Shown: piece by piece, positions 1 through 7,375 of the stretch | Layout of the letters: every line of letters starts with the position of its first letter | Numbering within the stretch: the first letter of the stretch is position 1 | Source of the DNA: a virus | DNA length: 64,000 bases | Reading direction: 5' to 3' (one strand) | Virus record (IMG/VR): IMGVR_UViG_3300010373_000006 | Location: 5,198 to 69,197 of that record | The notes under the pieces: generated by a model | The model's database searches: none | What the model saw: only the letters and a program-made list of their open reading frames with translations | What the model was told of the DNA's origin: nothing | Made by a program: the position numbers and the translations under genes

Positions 1-2
1 CA

Positions 3-377
3 CTGCGGAATCCGTGGTCCGAGGATGAGTTTCAGCGTCACCTACGCGAACGCCATTGCATCGGCATGGTGGTGGAGTGCGGCGAACGCGTGGTCGGGTT
101 CTTCGTGTACTACCTTCGCAAAGGCCACATGGAGATCGCGAATTTCGCCGTGGCTCCCGAGGCCCGCCGGCGTGGAGTCGGGCGTCAGATGGCGAACCAC
201 CTGAAGGATAAATGCTTTTCGCATCAACGCTCGTACCTGCTGACGCACCTGAAGGACGACAACCTCACCGGGCACCTGTTCCTCAAGGCTATGGGTTGGG
301 TGGCGGAGAGCGTGGTTCGCGGGGATGCGTGCGACTTCTACGAGTTTCGGCTTTGGCAGACAGGGGTGATCGAGTGA
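3..377 (+). CDS. RimI-like GNAT N-acetyltransferase (5' truncated by window edge)
   Basis: Frame open from base 3: PWSEDEFQRHLRERHCIGMVVECGERVVGFFVY...NFAVAPEARRRGVGRQM (acetyl-CoA motif RRRGVG); resembles planctomycete RimI. Confidence 0.75.
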   Translation: MRNPWSEDEFQRHLRERHCIGMVVECGERVVGFFVYYLRKGHMEIANFAVAPEARRRGVGRQMANHLKDKCFSHQRSYLLTHLKDDNLTGHLFLKAMGWVAESVVRGDACDFYEFRLWQTGVIE

Positions 378-580
378 GGGACGACACATTAAAGGGTCTT
401 GGCGTAGTGGCCCTGATATTGATCCTAGTCGGGCTCGCCCTGGCTGGCCCCTGGTTCACGATTCTCGCGCTCAACACGCTGTTCGGGCTGGCCATCCCGG
501 TCAATCTGTCAACGTGGGCGTCGGCGTTCTGGCTGTCGATTCTGGTCTACGGCGCGAGCAAAACGAGTAGCAAATCCTGA
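374..580 (+). CDS. Small membrane protein
   Basis: GTG overlaps the upstream TGA; two hydrophobic segments. Confidence 0.6.
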   Translation: MRDDTLKGLGVVALILILVGLALAGPWFTILALNTLFGLAIPVNLSTWASAFWLSILVYGASKTSSKS

Positions 581-598
581 CCCGGCGGAGATCACGGC

Positions 599-805
599 AT
601 GACCACCCTCAACGCCACTCTCATCTGTCAGCGCAAGCGTCCACACGCCACCCTCGCCGACGCGATGACCGCGCTACGCGGGATGGTGGACGCGACGCAG
701 TTTCGGCTCCCGACGGGGCGGGTGCTGCACCCGTATCGGTGCGAGGTGTGCGGGCGGTGGCACTTGGGGAATCGGGTGGTGGAGAAGGAAGGGGTAAAAA
801 CATGA
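599..805 (+). CDS. Small phage protein with Zn-binding motif
   Basis: YRCEVCGRWHLG motif; GGAG RBS. Confidence 0.6.
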   Translation: MTTLNATLICQRKRPHATLADAMTALRGMVDATQFRLPTGRVLHPYRCEVCGRWHLGNRVVEKEGVKT

Positions 806-1365
806 GCGTGACAACAGATCGAGACGACCCAGCGTTGCAACAAATCCTCGCCAATGGCCAGCAGGCGGCGTACCTCGTGCTCTCTGAAGACGAGCGAGCC
901 AAAGGCTACGTGCTCCCGGTTCGGCGGGAGTATCGACATACGGCCTGCGGCACGAAAACCACGATGCCAACCGCGTGTGCCGAGACCTACGCTCGCGATC
1001 CAAAGTTCTATACCGGAACATTTTGCTGCGCGTGCAACAAGCACTTTCCGCTTTCGACGGAAGATGGCGAACCTGCATTTCTCTGGTGGCCCGATGGGGA
1101 TCCGGTCGGGGCCGACGCCGAAGAAGCTCAAGCGTACCTCGCGAAGCGCCGGGCAGAGCAAGAGAACATGCGCGTCCGCGAACTCGAGCACCGACGGCTC
1201 TGCGCAATCGCGAATCTTGACGTGATCAAGTCGCACGAAAGGGCGGATTCCGCGTATCGCCAACGTCGCGTCGATTTGGGACTGCCGGACAAAGGCATGT
1301 TCGATTGGTCCGCACAACAGATCGCCGACATGGAAGCCATAAAAGCCGGGAGACCGCTGCAATGA
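802..1365 (+). CDS. Conserved phage hypothetical protein (Cys/His motifs)
   Basis: ATGA overlap; HTACG...AETYARDPKFYTGTFCCAC. Confidence 0.65.
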   Translation: MSVTTDRDDPALQQILANGQQAAYLVLSEDERAKGYVLPVRREYRHTACGTKTTMPTACAETYARDPKFYTGTFCCACNKHFPLSTEDGEPAFLWWPDGDPVGADAEEAQAYLAKRRAEQENMRVRELEHRRLCAIANLDVIKSHERADSAYRQRRVDLGLPDKGMFDWSAQQIADMEAIKAGRPLQ

Positions 1366-1571
1366 ACCCCCAAGAGACATTCCTCGATCTGCTCATCGCT
1401 GCGATGAAGGACGCCGCGCTTGAGCGGAAGCTTACCCAGCTTCAAACGCAGTTCGACCCGACCGAAACGGGACGCGGACCGCTGAAGCGGGTTCGGATCG
1501 TCGTGATACCCGATGAACTCGACCACACGTGGCCGGAGTATGTGCCGGCTGGCTATGCGGGGAGAGGCTGA
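1362..1571 (+). CDS. Hypothetical protein
   Basis: ATGA overlap with upstream gene. Confidence 0.5.
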   Translation: MNPQETFLDLLIAAMKDAALERKLTQLQTQFDPTETGRGPLKRVRIVVIPDELDHTWPEYVPAGYAGRG

Positions 1572-1716
1572 AGCACACGCAAACCCACGGCCTGCACTGT
1601 TCGGCAGTCGGGCCGGCTCCTGTCGGGACGAGACCGGCAGGGGCAAAAAAACCACTGGCGGGCGCGACCGTCAAGGCCCTTCAAAGCTGGGCGGTCGCGT
1701 TCGCCGGGGCTACGAG

Positions 1717-1941
1717 TCAAGCCCCTTCCTCAAGACTCTCTTTGGCAATCTTCCCCACACGACGTCTCAGCGGCTCTCGAAGTATCTCGGTCAATAACTC
1801 AGCGACGGTGACGCCATCATGTTTCGCGACAATCTCAGCCCAGCCCAGCACCTTGGTATCAATCCTTGCCGTTCGGTCGGTTCGCTGGGAAGTCTTCGGA
1901 CGCCCGCGTTGCCGCTTCTCAGTCATGACTTCGGACTCCAT
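1717..1941 (-). CDS. Ribbon-helix-helix-like DNA-binding regulator with GRPK motif
   Basis: RGRPK...TARID (beta strand) followed by two amphipathic helices; divergent from the 2.3 kb operon. Confidence 0.6.
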   Translation of the reverse strand: MESEVMTEKRQRGRPKTSQRTDRTARIDTKVLGWAEIVAKHDGVTVAELLTEILREPLRRRVGKIAKESLEEGA

Positions 1942-2014
1942 CACCCCGGGCACAATACCTCCAATCACTAGAACAAAGGGGATCGCGAGAGGAAAGCCCT
2001 TTCGCATTGGTTTC

Positions 2015-2042
2015 ATTATATGTTTCGGTCACCGCAAAGCAA
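2015..2042 (-). promoter_or_regulatory. Sigma70-like promoter for the RHH gene
   Basis: Minus strand TTGCTT (2037-2042), 16 bp, TATAAT (2015-2020). Confidence 0.5.
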
Positions 2043-2070
2043 GATTCTAGCCGACGATTTGAGACACCGC

Positions 2071-2099
2071 TTGATTTCCAGTGATTGGAATCGTACAAT
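2071..2099 (+). promoter_or_regulatory. Sigma70-like promoter
   Basis: TTGATT (2071-2076), 17 bp, TACAAT (2094-2099). Confidence 0.6.
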
Positions 2100-2282
2100 T
2101 TACCCGGTGGCACCCAATGAACGCACCGCAGGCCAACGGGCAGTCAACGTGTCGGGGAGGCGGCTTCTCACCGTCTCTCGCCCAATGGTCGGCAGGATCG
2201 GGCGGTGTGCGGCGCGGCAAATGACGGGGGCCGCGCCGCCAGCCCCAAGAACGAAGCGAAGCGAGGAAGGGAGATAACGACC

Positions 2283-2645
2283 ATGACGACCCTCGAACGC
2301 GCCCTCGCCCGCGAATTCCGCCTACCCGACGGTCCCTGCCCAGAAGCACGGATCGACCGCACAGCACCGACCTACCACGGCGTACCGCTCGGGCTGTGGC
2401 AGGCGCACGGCTCGCCGCGGGAGGGGACGGAGCGATGGGAGCAACTCGTGGTTGCCGCGCGACGAGCCGACATCCGCCGACGGTTCGCGCCGGTCCTGAT
2501 CGACCTGGGGTACGGCCGAGCGCTCGAGGCGATCCTCGCGTGGGTGGCGAAGCGTGGGACGTTCGAGGGGTGCGAGGAGGTCGCGCCGTACCACTGGGCA
2601 GCGATGGACGAGGCGCTAATGAGAGGGGAGGCCGACGAAAACTGA
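2283..2645 (+). CDS. Hypothetical protein
   Basis: GGGAG RBS and ATG; coupled to the next gene. Confidence 0.55.
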   Translation: MTTLERALAREFRLPDGPCPEARIDRTAPTYHGVPLGLWQAHGSPREGTERWEQLVVAARRADIRRRFAPVLIDLGYGRALEAILAWVAKRGTFEGCEEVAPYHWAAMDEALMRGEADEN

Positions 2646-2929
2646 TGGCCGTTTACGCTCGCCGACAACGCCCGACGCAGTTTACACCCTGGCCGTTCTA
2701 CCAGCCAGGAGTGAACCTTGTTGCCGCTGAAACGCCGGACGAAATCGAGCGGGCCGCTAACACCTACATCCGCGACAGGGCGACTTGGCGCGACCTTGAA
2801 ATCGCGCTCGAACTATCACGCAACAAGTACCACCGTGTTGGAGATATGCTTTTCGGCTTGTGGAACCGTAACGGTCGGGAAGAACTCCAGGTAATCCCAG
2901 CGTTTAGCCGACTTCGAGGGAGATCATGA
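2645..2929 (+). CDS. Hypothetical protein
   Basis: TGATG coupling. Confidence 0.55.
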   Translation: MAVYARRQRPTQFTPWPFYQPGVNLVAAETPDEIERAANTYIRDRATWRDLEIALELSRNKYHRVGDMLFGLWNRNGREELQVIPAFSRLRGRS

Positions 2930-4224
2930 GTACGGCATTAGCGCCGCGAGCAAACGGGCATGGCACACTGACGACCTTGCCATCGCTCGGCGCCGACCAC
3001 GTCATTGCAACGATGGAGACGACAAAGGCTGTCCGCACCTTCGTTCAGAACGAGATGAAGGACGGCCTAGACTTCGGGCTCATCCCCGGCGTTGCCAAGA
3101 AGTGTCTCTACAAACCGGGAGCCGAGAAGGTCAACCTTCTTTTCAACTGCTGGCCGCGACACCAGATCGAGCGGATTCCGGTCGAGTTCGGTGGTCCTTC
3201 GGTTGGACACATGGAAGTGGTCGTGAAAACGGAACTGATCAGCCGAGCGACCGACGAAGTGATCGGCGAGGGCTCGGGGTCATGCTCCACAATGGAGGGC
3301 CGCTACCGCTATCGCAAGGCCGGGCTCGTGTGCCCGAGCTGCGGACAGGAGAGCGTGATTCGCGGTAAGACGGAGTACGGCGGCGGCTTCATCTGCTTCG
3401 CGAAAAAGGGCGGCTGCGGTCAAAAGTTCCGAGACAATGACGCGGCCATTACCGGTCAGCCGCAAGGCCAGGCTGAAAACGAAAACGTTTGGGACGTGCG
3501 TAACACGGTCCTCAAGATGGCGGTCAAGCGGGCCGATGTCGCGGCCGCGCTTTCGCTCGGGTGCCTCTCAGAAATCTTCACCCAGGACGTTGAAGACTTC
3601 AAGACATTCGACATCGACGGAGGCAATGGGGACCACGGTACGCATAGCGAACCGGACGACCGCCCGACGCGCCATTCGGTCAACGAGGCATTCCCATCGC
3701 GTGAGCGTGAACGCGAGCGTCCCCAGAACAATAGCGGCCACGCATCAGGGCAATACGCCAGCCCCGAGCAAAGGGAAAAATACCTCGAGGGCCTGCGTGG
3801 TTGGATCGCTACGCAAAATGCCGCCTGGGTTGACTCCTGGCAAAACGCCACCGGCGCATGCACGCTCGACGGCCGCGATCTTCCCAAGGCGTGCGTCGAA
3901 CCGATGAATATTCATCAGGTTGACAGCCATCTCCTCAAGTGGTGCGTCGAAACGGGTCGTCTCGATCAACGCATCGTGCCCGAAGATACCAAGGTTCGGC
4001 AGCTCGGCCAGTACGTCGCAATCGTCTACTTCCGCGACAAGCGTGAACAACAGGCGATCGGACAAGAGATGAAGCGATACGCCAAGGAACAATTCGAGCG
4101 TCGGCGCGAGGACGTGTACCGGAAATGCCCGGACCTGATGGCGCCCGAAGATCGTGACGACGCGACTACCGCCGCTGTACCCGACGCTGGCGGGAACCCC
4201 GACTACGAGAACGGCGGCGACTGA
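2926..4224 (+). CDS. Putative phage recombination / ssDNA-annealing protein with Zn ribbon
   Basis: DFGLIPG...LYKPGAEK and NTVLKMAVKRADVAA motifs of a widespread phage family; CPSCG...C..KKGGCG; function inferred from position. Confidence 0.45.
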   Translation: MSTALAPRANGHGTLTTLPSLGADHVIATMETTKAVRTFVQNEMKDGLDFGLIPGVAKKCLYKPGAEKVNLLFNCWPRHQIERIPVEFGGPSVGHMEVVVKTELISRATDEVIGEGSGSCSTMEGRYRYRKAGLVCPSCGQESVIRGKTEYGGGFICFAKKGGCGQKFRDNDAAITGQPQGQAENENVWDVRNTVLKMAVKRADVAAALSLGCLSEIFTQDVEDFKTFDIDGGNGDHGTHSEPDDRPTRHSVNEAFPSRERERERPQNNSGHASGQYASPEQREKYLEGLRGWIATQNAAWVDSWQNATGACTLDGRDLPKACVEPMNIHQVDSHLLKWCVETGRLDQRIVPEDTKVRQLGQYVAIVYFRDKREQQAIGQEMKRYAKEQFERRREDVYRKCPDLMAPEDRDDATTAAVPDAGGNPDYENGGD

Positions 4225-4271
4225 CCCACGACGGAGCGGGCGGGCACGGACGCCCTTTGGAGGCTGATAGC

Positions 4272-4607
4272 GTGGCACAAATGCTCCTCGATTTCGACGC
4301 GGCAACCACGGTCGCAACGACCTCGGAGCCGCTGACGATCGGGGAGCGGTTCCGGGCTTACGACGCACGGTTCCCGGTCGTGTTCACGCTCTTCAAGCGA
4401 TTCGCCTACGAGGCCAAAGCCGCTGGCCGCACACGCTTCGGCGGCAAGGCAATTTGGGAACGCATCAGATGGTACTGTGATGTTGAGAAAGGAGGTGACG
4501 CGCCACGGCTAAACAACACCTACGTGAGCCGCTACGTGCGGAAGCTCTGCGAGGAGTGCCCGGACCTGGCGGACCTATTCGAGACCCGAGAACTCAAGAG
4601 CGAATGA
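4272..4607 (+). CDS. Conserved phage hypothetical protein
   Basis: GGAGG RBS; KAIWERIRW...LNNTYVSRYVRKL...FETR pattern. Confidence 0.6.
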   Translation: MAQMLLDFDAATTVATTSEPLTIGERFRAYDARFPVVFTLFKRFAYEAKAAGRTRFGGKAIWERIRWYCDVEKGGDAPRLNNTYVSRYVRKLCEECPDLADLFETRELKSE

Positions 4608-4610
4608 AAG

Positions 4611-5411
4611 GTGGTGATCGTGACCGAAGATCGCGACGACATGGCCTTCTGGTGGCCGATTTTGCAACGCTCTAGGGTTTCCGCCCCTAGGACGGTGCTT
4701 CTCACGACCGACGTAGCGCTCTCGGACTTACTTGACGGCAAGACCCCGGAGAACTTCGACGGCTTTCTTTCGGCACTCCGCGCGATCTGCGACGGCATGG
4801 GCTACCCATGCTTTCTCCGGACCGGCCAGACGAGCGGCAAGCACGACTGGCGGCGAACCTGCTACCTCAAGCGCGGCGAGGATCTGGTGAGCCACGTTGC
4901 CGCGCTGGTCGAGTTCTCCGAAATGGCCGACATGCTGGGACTCTCGACCCGGACGTGGGCCGTGAGGGAATTCCTGCAGTTGGAGCACTCATTCACGGCG
5001 TTCGACGGAATGCCGGTTGCTCGGGAGTTCCGGTGCTTTTTTGAGGGAGGGAAGTCCGAGCCGCTGTGCATGCACAGTTATTGGCCCGAAGATGCGATCC
5101 GCAACGCTTCGGTGCCAGACTGGAAAGATCGGCTCGTCCTGATCAACTCGTGCAACCCGGACGATGTGAGTGATATTCAGGAGACGGTTCGCCGGGTGAG
5201 CCCACACTTCGAGGGTAAGTGGTCCCTGGACGTTGTGCGGGCGAAGGACGGGCGGTTTTACGTGACCGACATGGCCGAGATGGAGCGGTCATTCCACTGG
5301 CAGGGTTGCCCCAACGATCCGCACCCTGAGCACCATCGACCCGAACTGACGGACGAGGAGCGGAACGTGATGGCGAGCGCGTGGTTGGTACCCGAAACCG
5401 AAAGGAGGTGA
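4611..5411 (+). CDS. ATP-grasp-fold protein (Cdc123/R2K-like)
   Basis: PCFLRT...SGKH, REFRCFF and WSLDV...FYVTDM motifs. Confidence 0.55.
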   Translation: MVIVTEDRDDMAFWWPILQRSRVSAPRTVLLTTDVALSDLLDGKTPENFDGFLSALRAICDGMGYPCFLRTGQTSGKHDWRRTCYLKRGEDLVSHVAALVEFSEMADMLGLSTRTWAVREFLQLEHSFTAFDGMPVAREFRCFFEGGKSEPLCMHSYWPEDAIRNASVPDWKDRLVLINSCNPDDVSDIQETVRRVSPHFEGKWSLDVVRAKDGRFYVTDMAEMERSFHWQGCPNDPHPEHHRPELTDEERNVMASAWLVPETERR

Positions 5412-5413
5412 TC

Positions 5414-5707
5414 TTGTCTCTCGCCGACATCATCCGCCAATGCAAGGCCGCGACCCGTCGCCTCACGGCGACCAAGCCAGCGCGCAAGCCGCCCATCGGC
5501 CCCCGCCGCGCGGCATGGGGCAAGTCGCGATATCGCGGGGTCTACGTGACGCCCTACGGCCGCTGGCATGTTCAGATTCGCGTCGGGGGCAGGCTGTACG
5601 ACGGTGGGACGTACCGCGACGAGGCCGTGGCGGCGGGAGCGTACAACGTGCTGGCGGCGGAACTGCTGAGGGATAAGGCGCGGCTCAATGTGATCGAGGG
5701 GAGGTGA
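5414..5707 (+). CDS. AP2-domain DNA-binding protein
   Basis: SRYRGV...WHVQIRVGG...GTYRDEAVAAGAYNVLAAELL..ARLN. Confidence 0.8.
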   Translation: MSLADIIRQCKAATRRLTATKPARKPPIGPRRAAWGKSRYRGVYVTPYGRWHVQIRVGGRLYDGGTYRDEAVAAGAYNVLAAELLRDKARLNVIEGR

Positions 5708-5710
5708 TCT

Positions 5711-6019
5711 GTGCCCGACGACCTCAATGACATCTCGAGGGTCGACTATTTCGAGGCCGTCTTGGCGCTTCGCAAATCGCCAAAGGAGATCGCGGTTTTC
5801 GTCTGCCACTTCGGCGGCTCCGCTTCAGACGTTACTGATCTGATCGAGTTTTGGAACGGCCTGACGGACATGGTTCCTTGGCAAGACCACCGTCGGTTTA
5901 CAAGGGCTTGGCTTGCGACGTGCGCGTTTAGCCGGGATGCGGCAAAGGAACGCGACATACTCCGGGCGTTCATCTGGGGCGCGGCGAGAACGCTTAATCT
6001 CACGAAGGAAGAGAGGTGA
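5711..6019 (+). CDS. Hypothetical protein
   Basis: GGAGGTGATCT RBS and GTG. Confidence 0.55.
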   Translation: MPDDLNDISRVDYFEAVLALRKSPKEIAVFVCHFGGSASDVTDLIEFWNGLTDMVPWQDHRRFTRAWLATCAFSRDAAKERDILRAFIWGAARTLNLTKEER

Positions 6020-6022
6020 TCT

Positions 6023-6214
6023 GTGTCCGACGAAGCCGAACTGCAATGCGGCTGGTGCTTCCAACCCATCGCGGGCGGCTTCACGCGCTACTTCACCGAG
6101 GACGAGGAGCCTCTTCACGAGAAGTGCCACGCGGAATACTGCGAATTCCTGGACGACGACGGCACGGATGACGAGTGGGAGGAGGTGGACGAAGAACCGC
6201 AGATCATCTGGTGA
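6023..6214 (+). CDS. Small acidic protein with CxxC...HxxC motif
   Basis: RBS and GTG; D/E-rich tail. Confidence 0.5.
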   Translation: MSDEAELQCGWCFQPIAGGFTRYFTEDEEPLHEKCHAEYCEFLDDDGTDDEWEEVDEEPQIIW

Positions 6215-6270
6215 TCATCCGACCTCGCGGGGAGCGCGCTGCTTGGGGGCGGGCGCTCTCCGCACCTCTT

Positions 6271-6501
6271 TTACTTCTCGCCGAGAATCTTCTTTGCCTC
6301 TGCCTTCAGTTCGCGCTCAACGACGGGCCGGAGCGCTTGCGAAACGTATTTGCCCAGGTCCATTTTCTTCATGCCTGACACCTGGACCGCTTTGTCGTAA
6401 ACGTCTTGCTCGATCCGCACCGTGACCGTGGGTTCCCCTTTGGGACGCCCTGATTTTCTTGGTTGAGCCATTGGTTCCAGTTCCAGAAGCGCCGTCTGCA
6501 T
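6271..6501 (-). CDS. Ribbon-helix-helix-like regulator with GRPK motif
   Basis: SGRPKGEPTVTVRIEQDVYDKA...LGKYVSQALRPVV; GGAGG RBS; resembles the 1717-1941 protein. Confidence 0.65.
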   Translation of the reverse strand: MQTALLELEPMAQPRKSGRPKGEPTVTVRIEQDVYDKAVQVSGMKKMDLGKYVSQALRPVVERELKAEAKKILGEK

Positions 6502-6550
6502 CCAACCTCCTTTCAAAGTCTATCGGGTGATTCGGTCAACCTGCAACAAG

Positions 6551-6578
6551 ATTATAGACAAGAGTTTCCGTGTGTCAA
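6551..6578 (-). promoter_or_regulatory. Consensus sigma70 promoter (leftward)
   Basis: Minus strand TTGACA (6573-6578), 16 bp, TATAAT (6551-6556). Confidence 0.75.
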
Positions 6579-6591
6579 TCGCAAGGTAACG

Positions 6592-6620
6592 TTGACACTG
6601 AATCACAAGAATCGTAGAAT
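6592..6620 (+). promoter_or_regulatory. Consensus sigma70 promoter (rightward; mom/replication operon)
   Basis: TTGACA (6592-6597), 17 bp, TAGAAT (6615-6620). Confidence 0.8.
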
Positions 6621-6652
6621 TAGGCACTATGAAGAAAACCGAGGAGAAAATC

Positions 6653-7366
6653 GTGAATCGCGCGGGAGGTGTTCAAGGTGGCACGGCGTCCAACCAGGAC
6701 GCAGGGGGCGGTTCGATCCCGGCCTCCGCGCTTTCGTTTCGCATTGGGATGAAGTGTGACGCTTTTGAGTTGGTGAAGCGGTTTCATTACTCGCATCGCA
6801 TCCCTTCGAATATCCAACTTATCACAAGTCTTCATTCTCCGTGTGGTCTTTTCGGAGACGCGGGTGAGCCTGTGGCTGCGGCGATTTGGACGTTCCCGCC
6901 GACGCGATGGAGTGAGATCGTTTGGGAACTCGCCCGACTTGTTCGTCGCCCTGGCCCAAGAATTCCCTTAACTCTTCTGATTCGTTTGTCCTGTTCGCAT
7001 CTCAGGACATCCGGCGCGGATTTACTTGTCTCATTCGCCGACGCCACGCACGGGCATCACGGAGGCATCTATCAGGCGTGCGGCTGGCGTTACGGCGGCT
7101 TTCGTTCACCACGAATGGACGGCGTTCTCTACGAAGGCAAATTCATTACCGGAAGACGGGCGAATCATCTTTGGGGAACACAGTCTCCCGATCGTCTTGC
7201 TTCGCAGGGAATCACTGTTGATCCCCACTACGACGAAGGGAAACACCTCTATTGGAGGGCCTTATCGCGAACTGGCGAGGCCAAGGCGAAACGGCTCAGT
7301 TTGAAGGATCTCCCTTATCCGAAGCCGTCAAGAATCGACTCCCTCTCAACCCCTGGACAGCGATGA
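6653..7366 (+). CDS. mom: Mom-family (GNAT-fold) adenine modification protein
   Basis: HYS, WELARL and LVSFADATHGHHGGIYQACGWRYGG motifs; GAGGAG RBS before GTG 6653 (alternative ATG 6629). Confidence 0.75.
   Translation: MNRAGGVQGGTASNQDAGGGSIPASALSFRIGMKCDAFELVKRFHYSHRIPSNIQLITSLHSPCGLFGDAGEPVAAAIWTFPPTRWSEIVWELARLVRRPGPRIPLTLLIRLSCSHLRTSGADLLVSFADATHGHHGGIYQACGWRYGGFRSPRMDGVLYEGKFITGRRANHLWGTQSPDRLASQGITVDPHYDEGKHLYWRALSRTGEAKAKRLSLKDLPYPKPSRIDSLSTPGQR
6661..6731 (+). other. Degenerate tRNA-like cloverleaf inside the 5' end of the mom-like gene
   Basis: Stem GCGTC/GACGC around a 7-nt loop CAACCAG, then GGCGG-TTCGATC-CCGGC T-arm; CGCGGG/TCCGCG acceptor-like pairing. Confidence 0.45.
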
Positions 7367-7375
7367 CGTAGCGAC

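Noticed and set aside
6661-6731. Functional tRNA-Gly gene
   Set aside because: No proper D arm, A instead of U before the anticodon, a T-stem mismatch, no CCA, and it lies within a CDS. Kept only as a tRNA-like structure.
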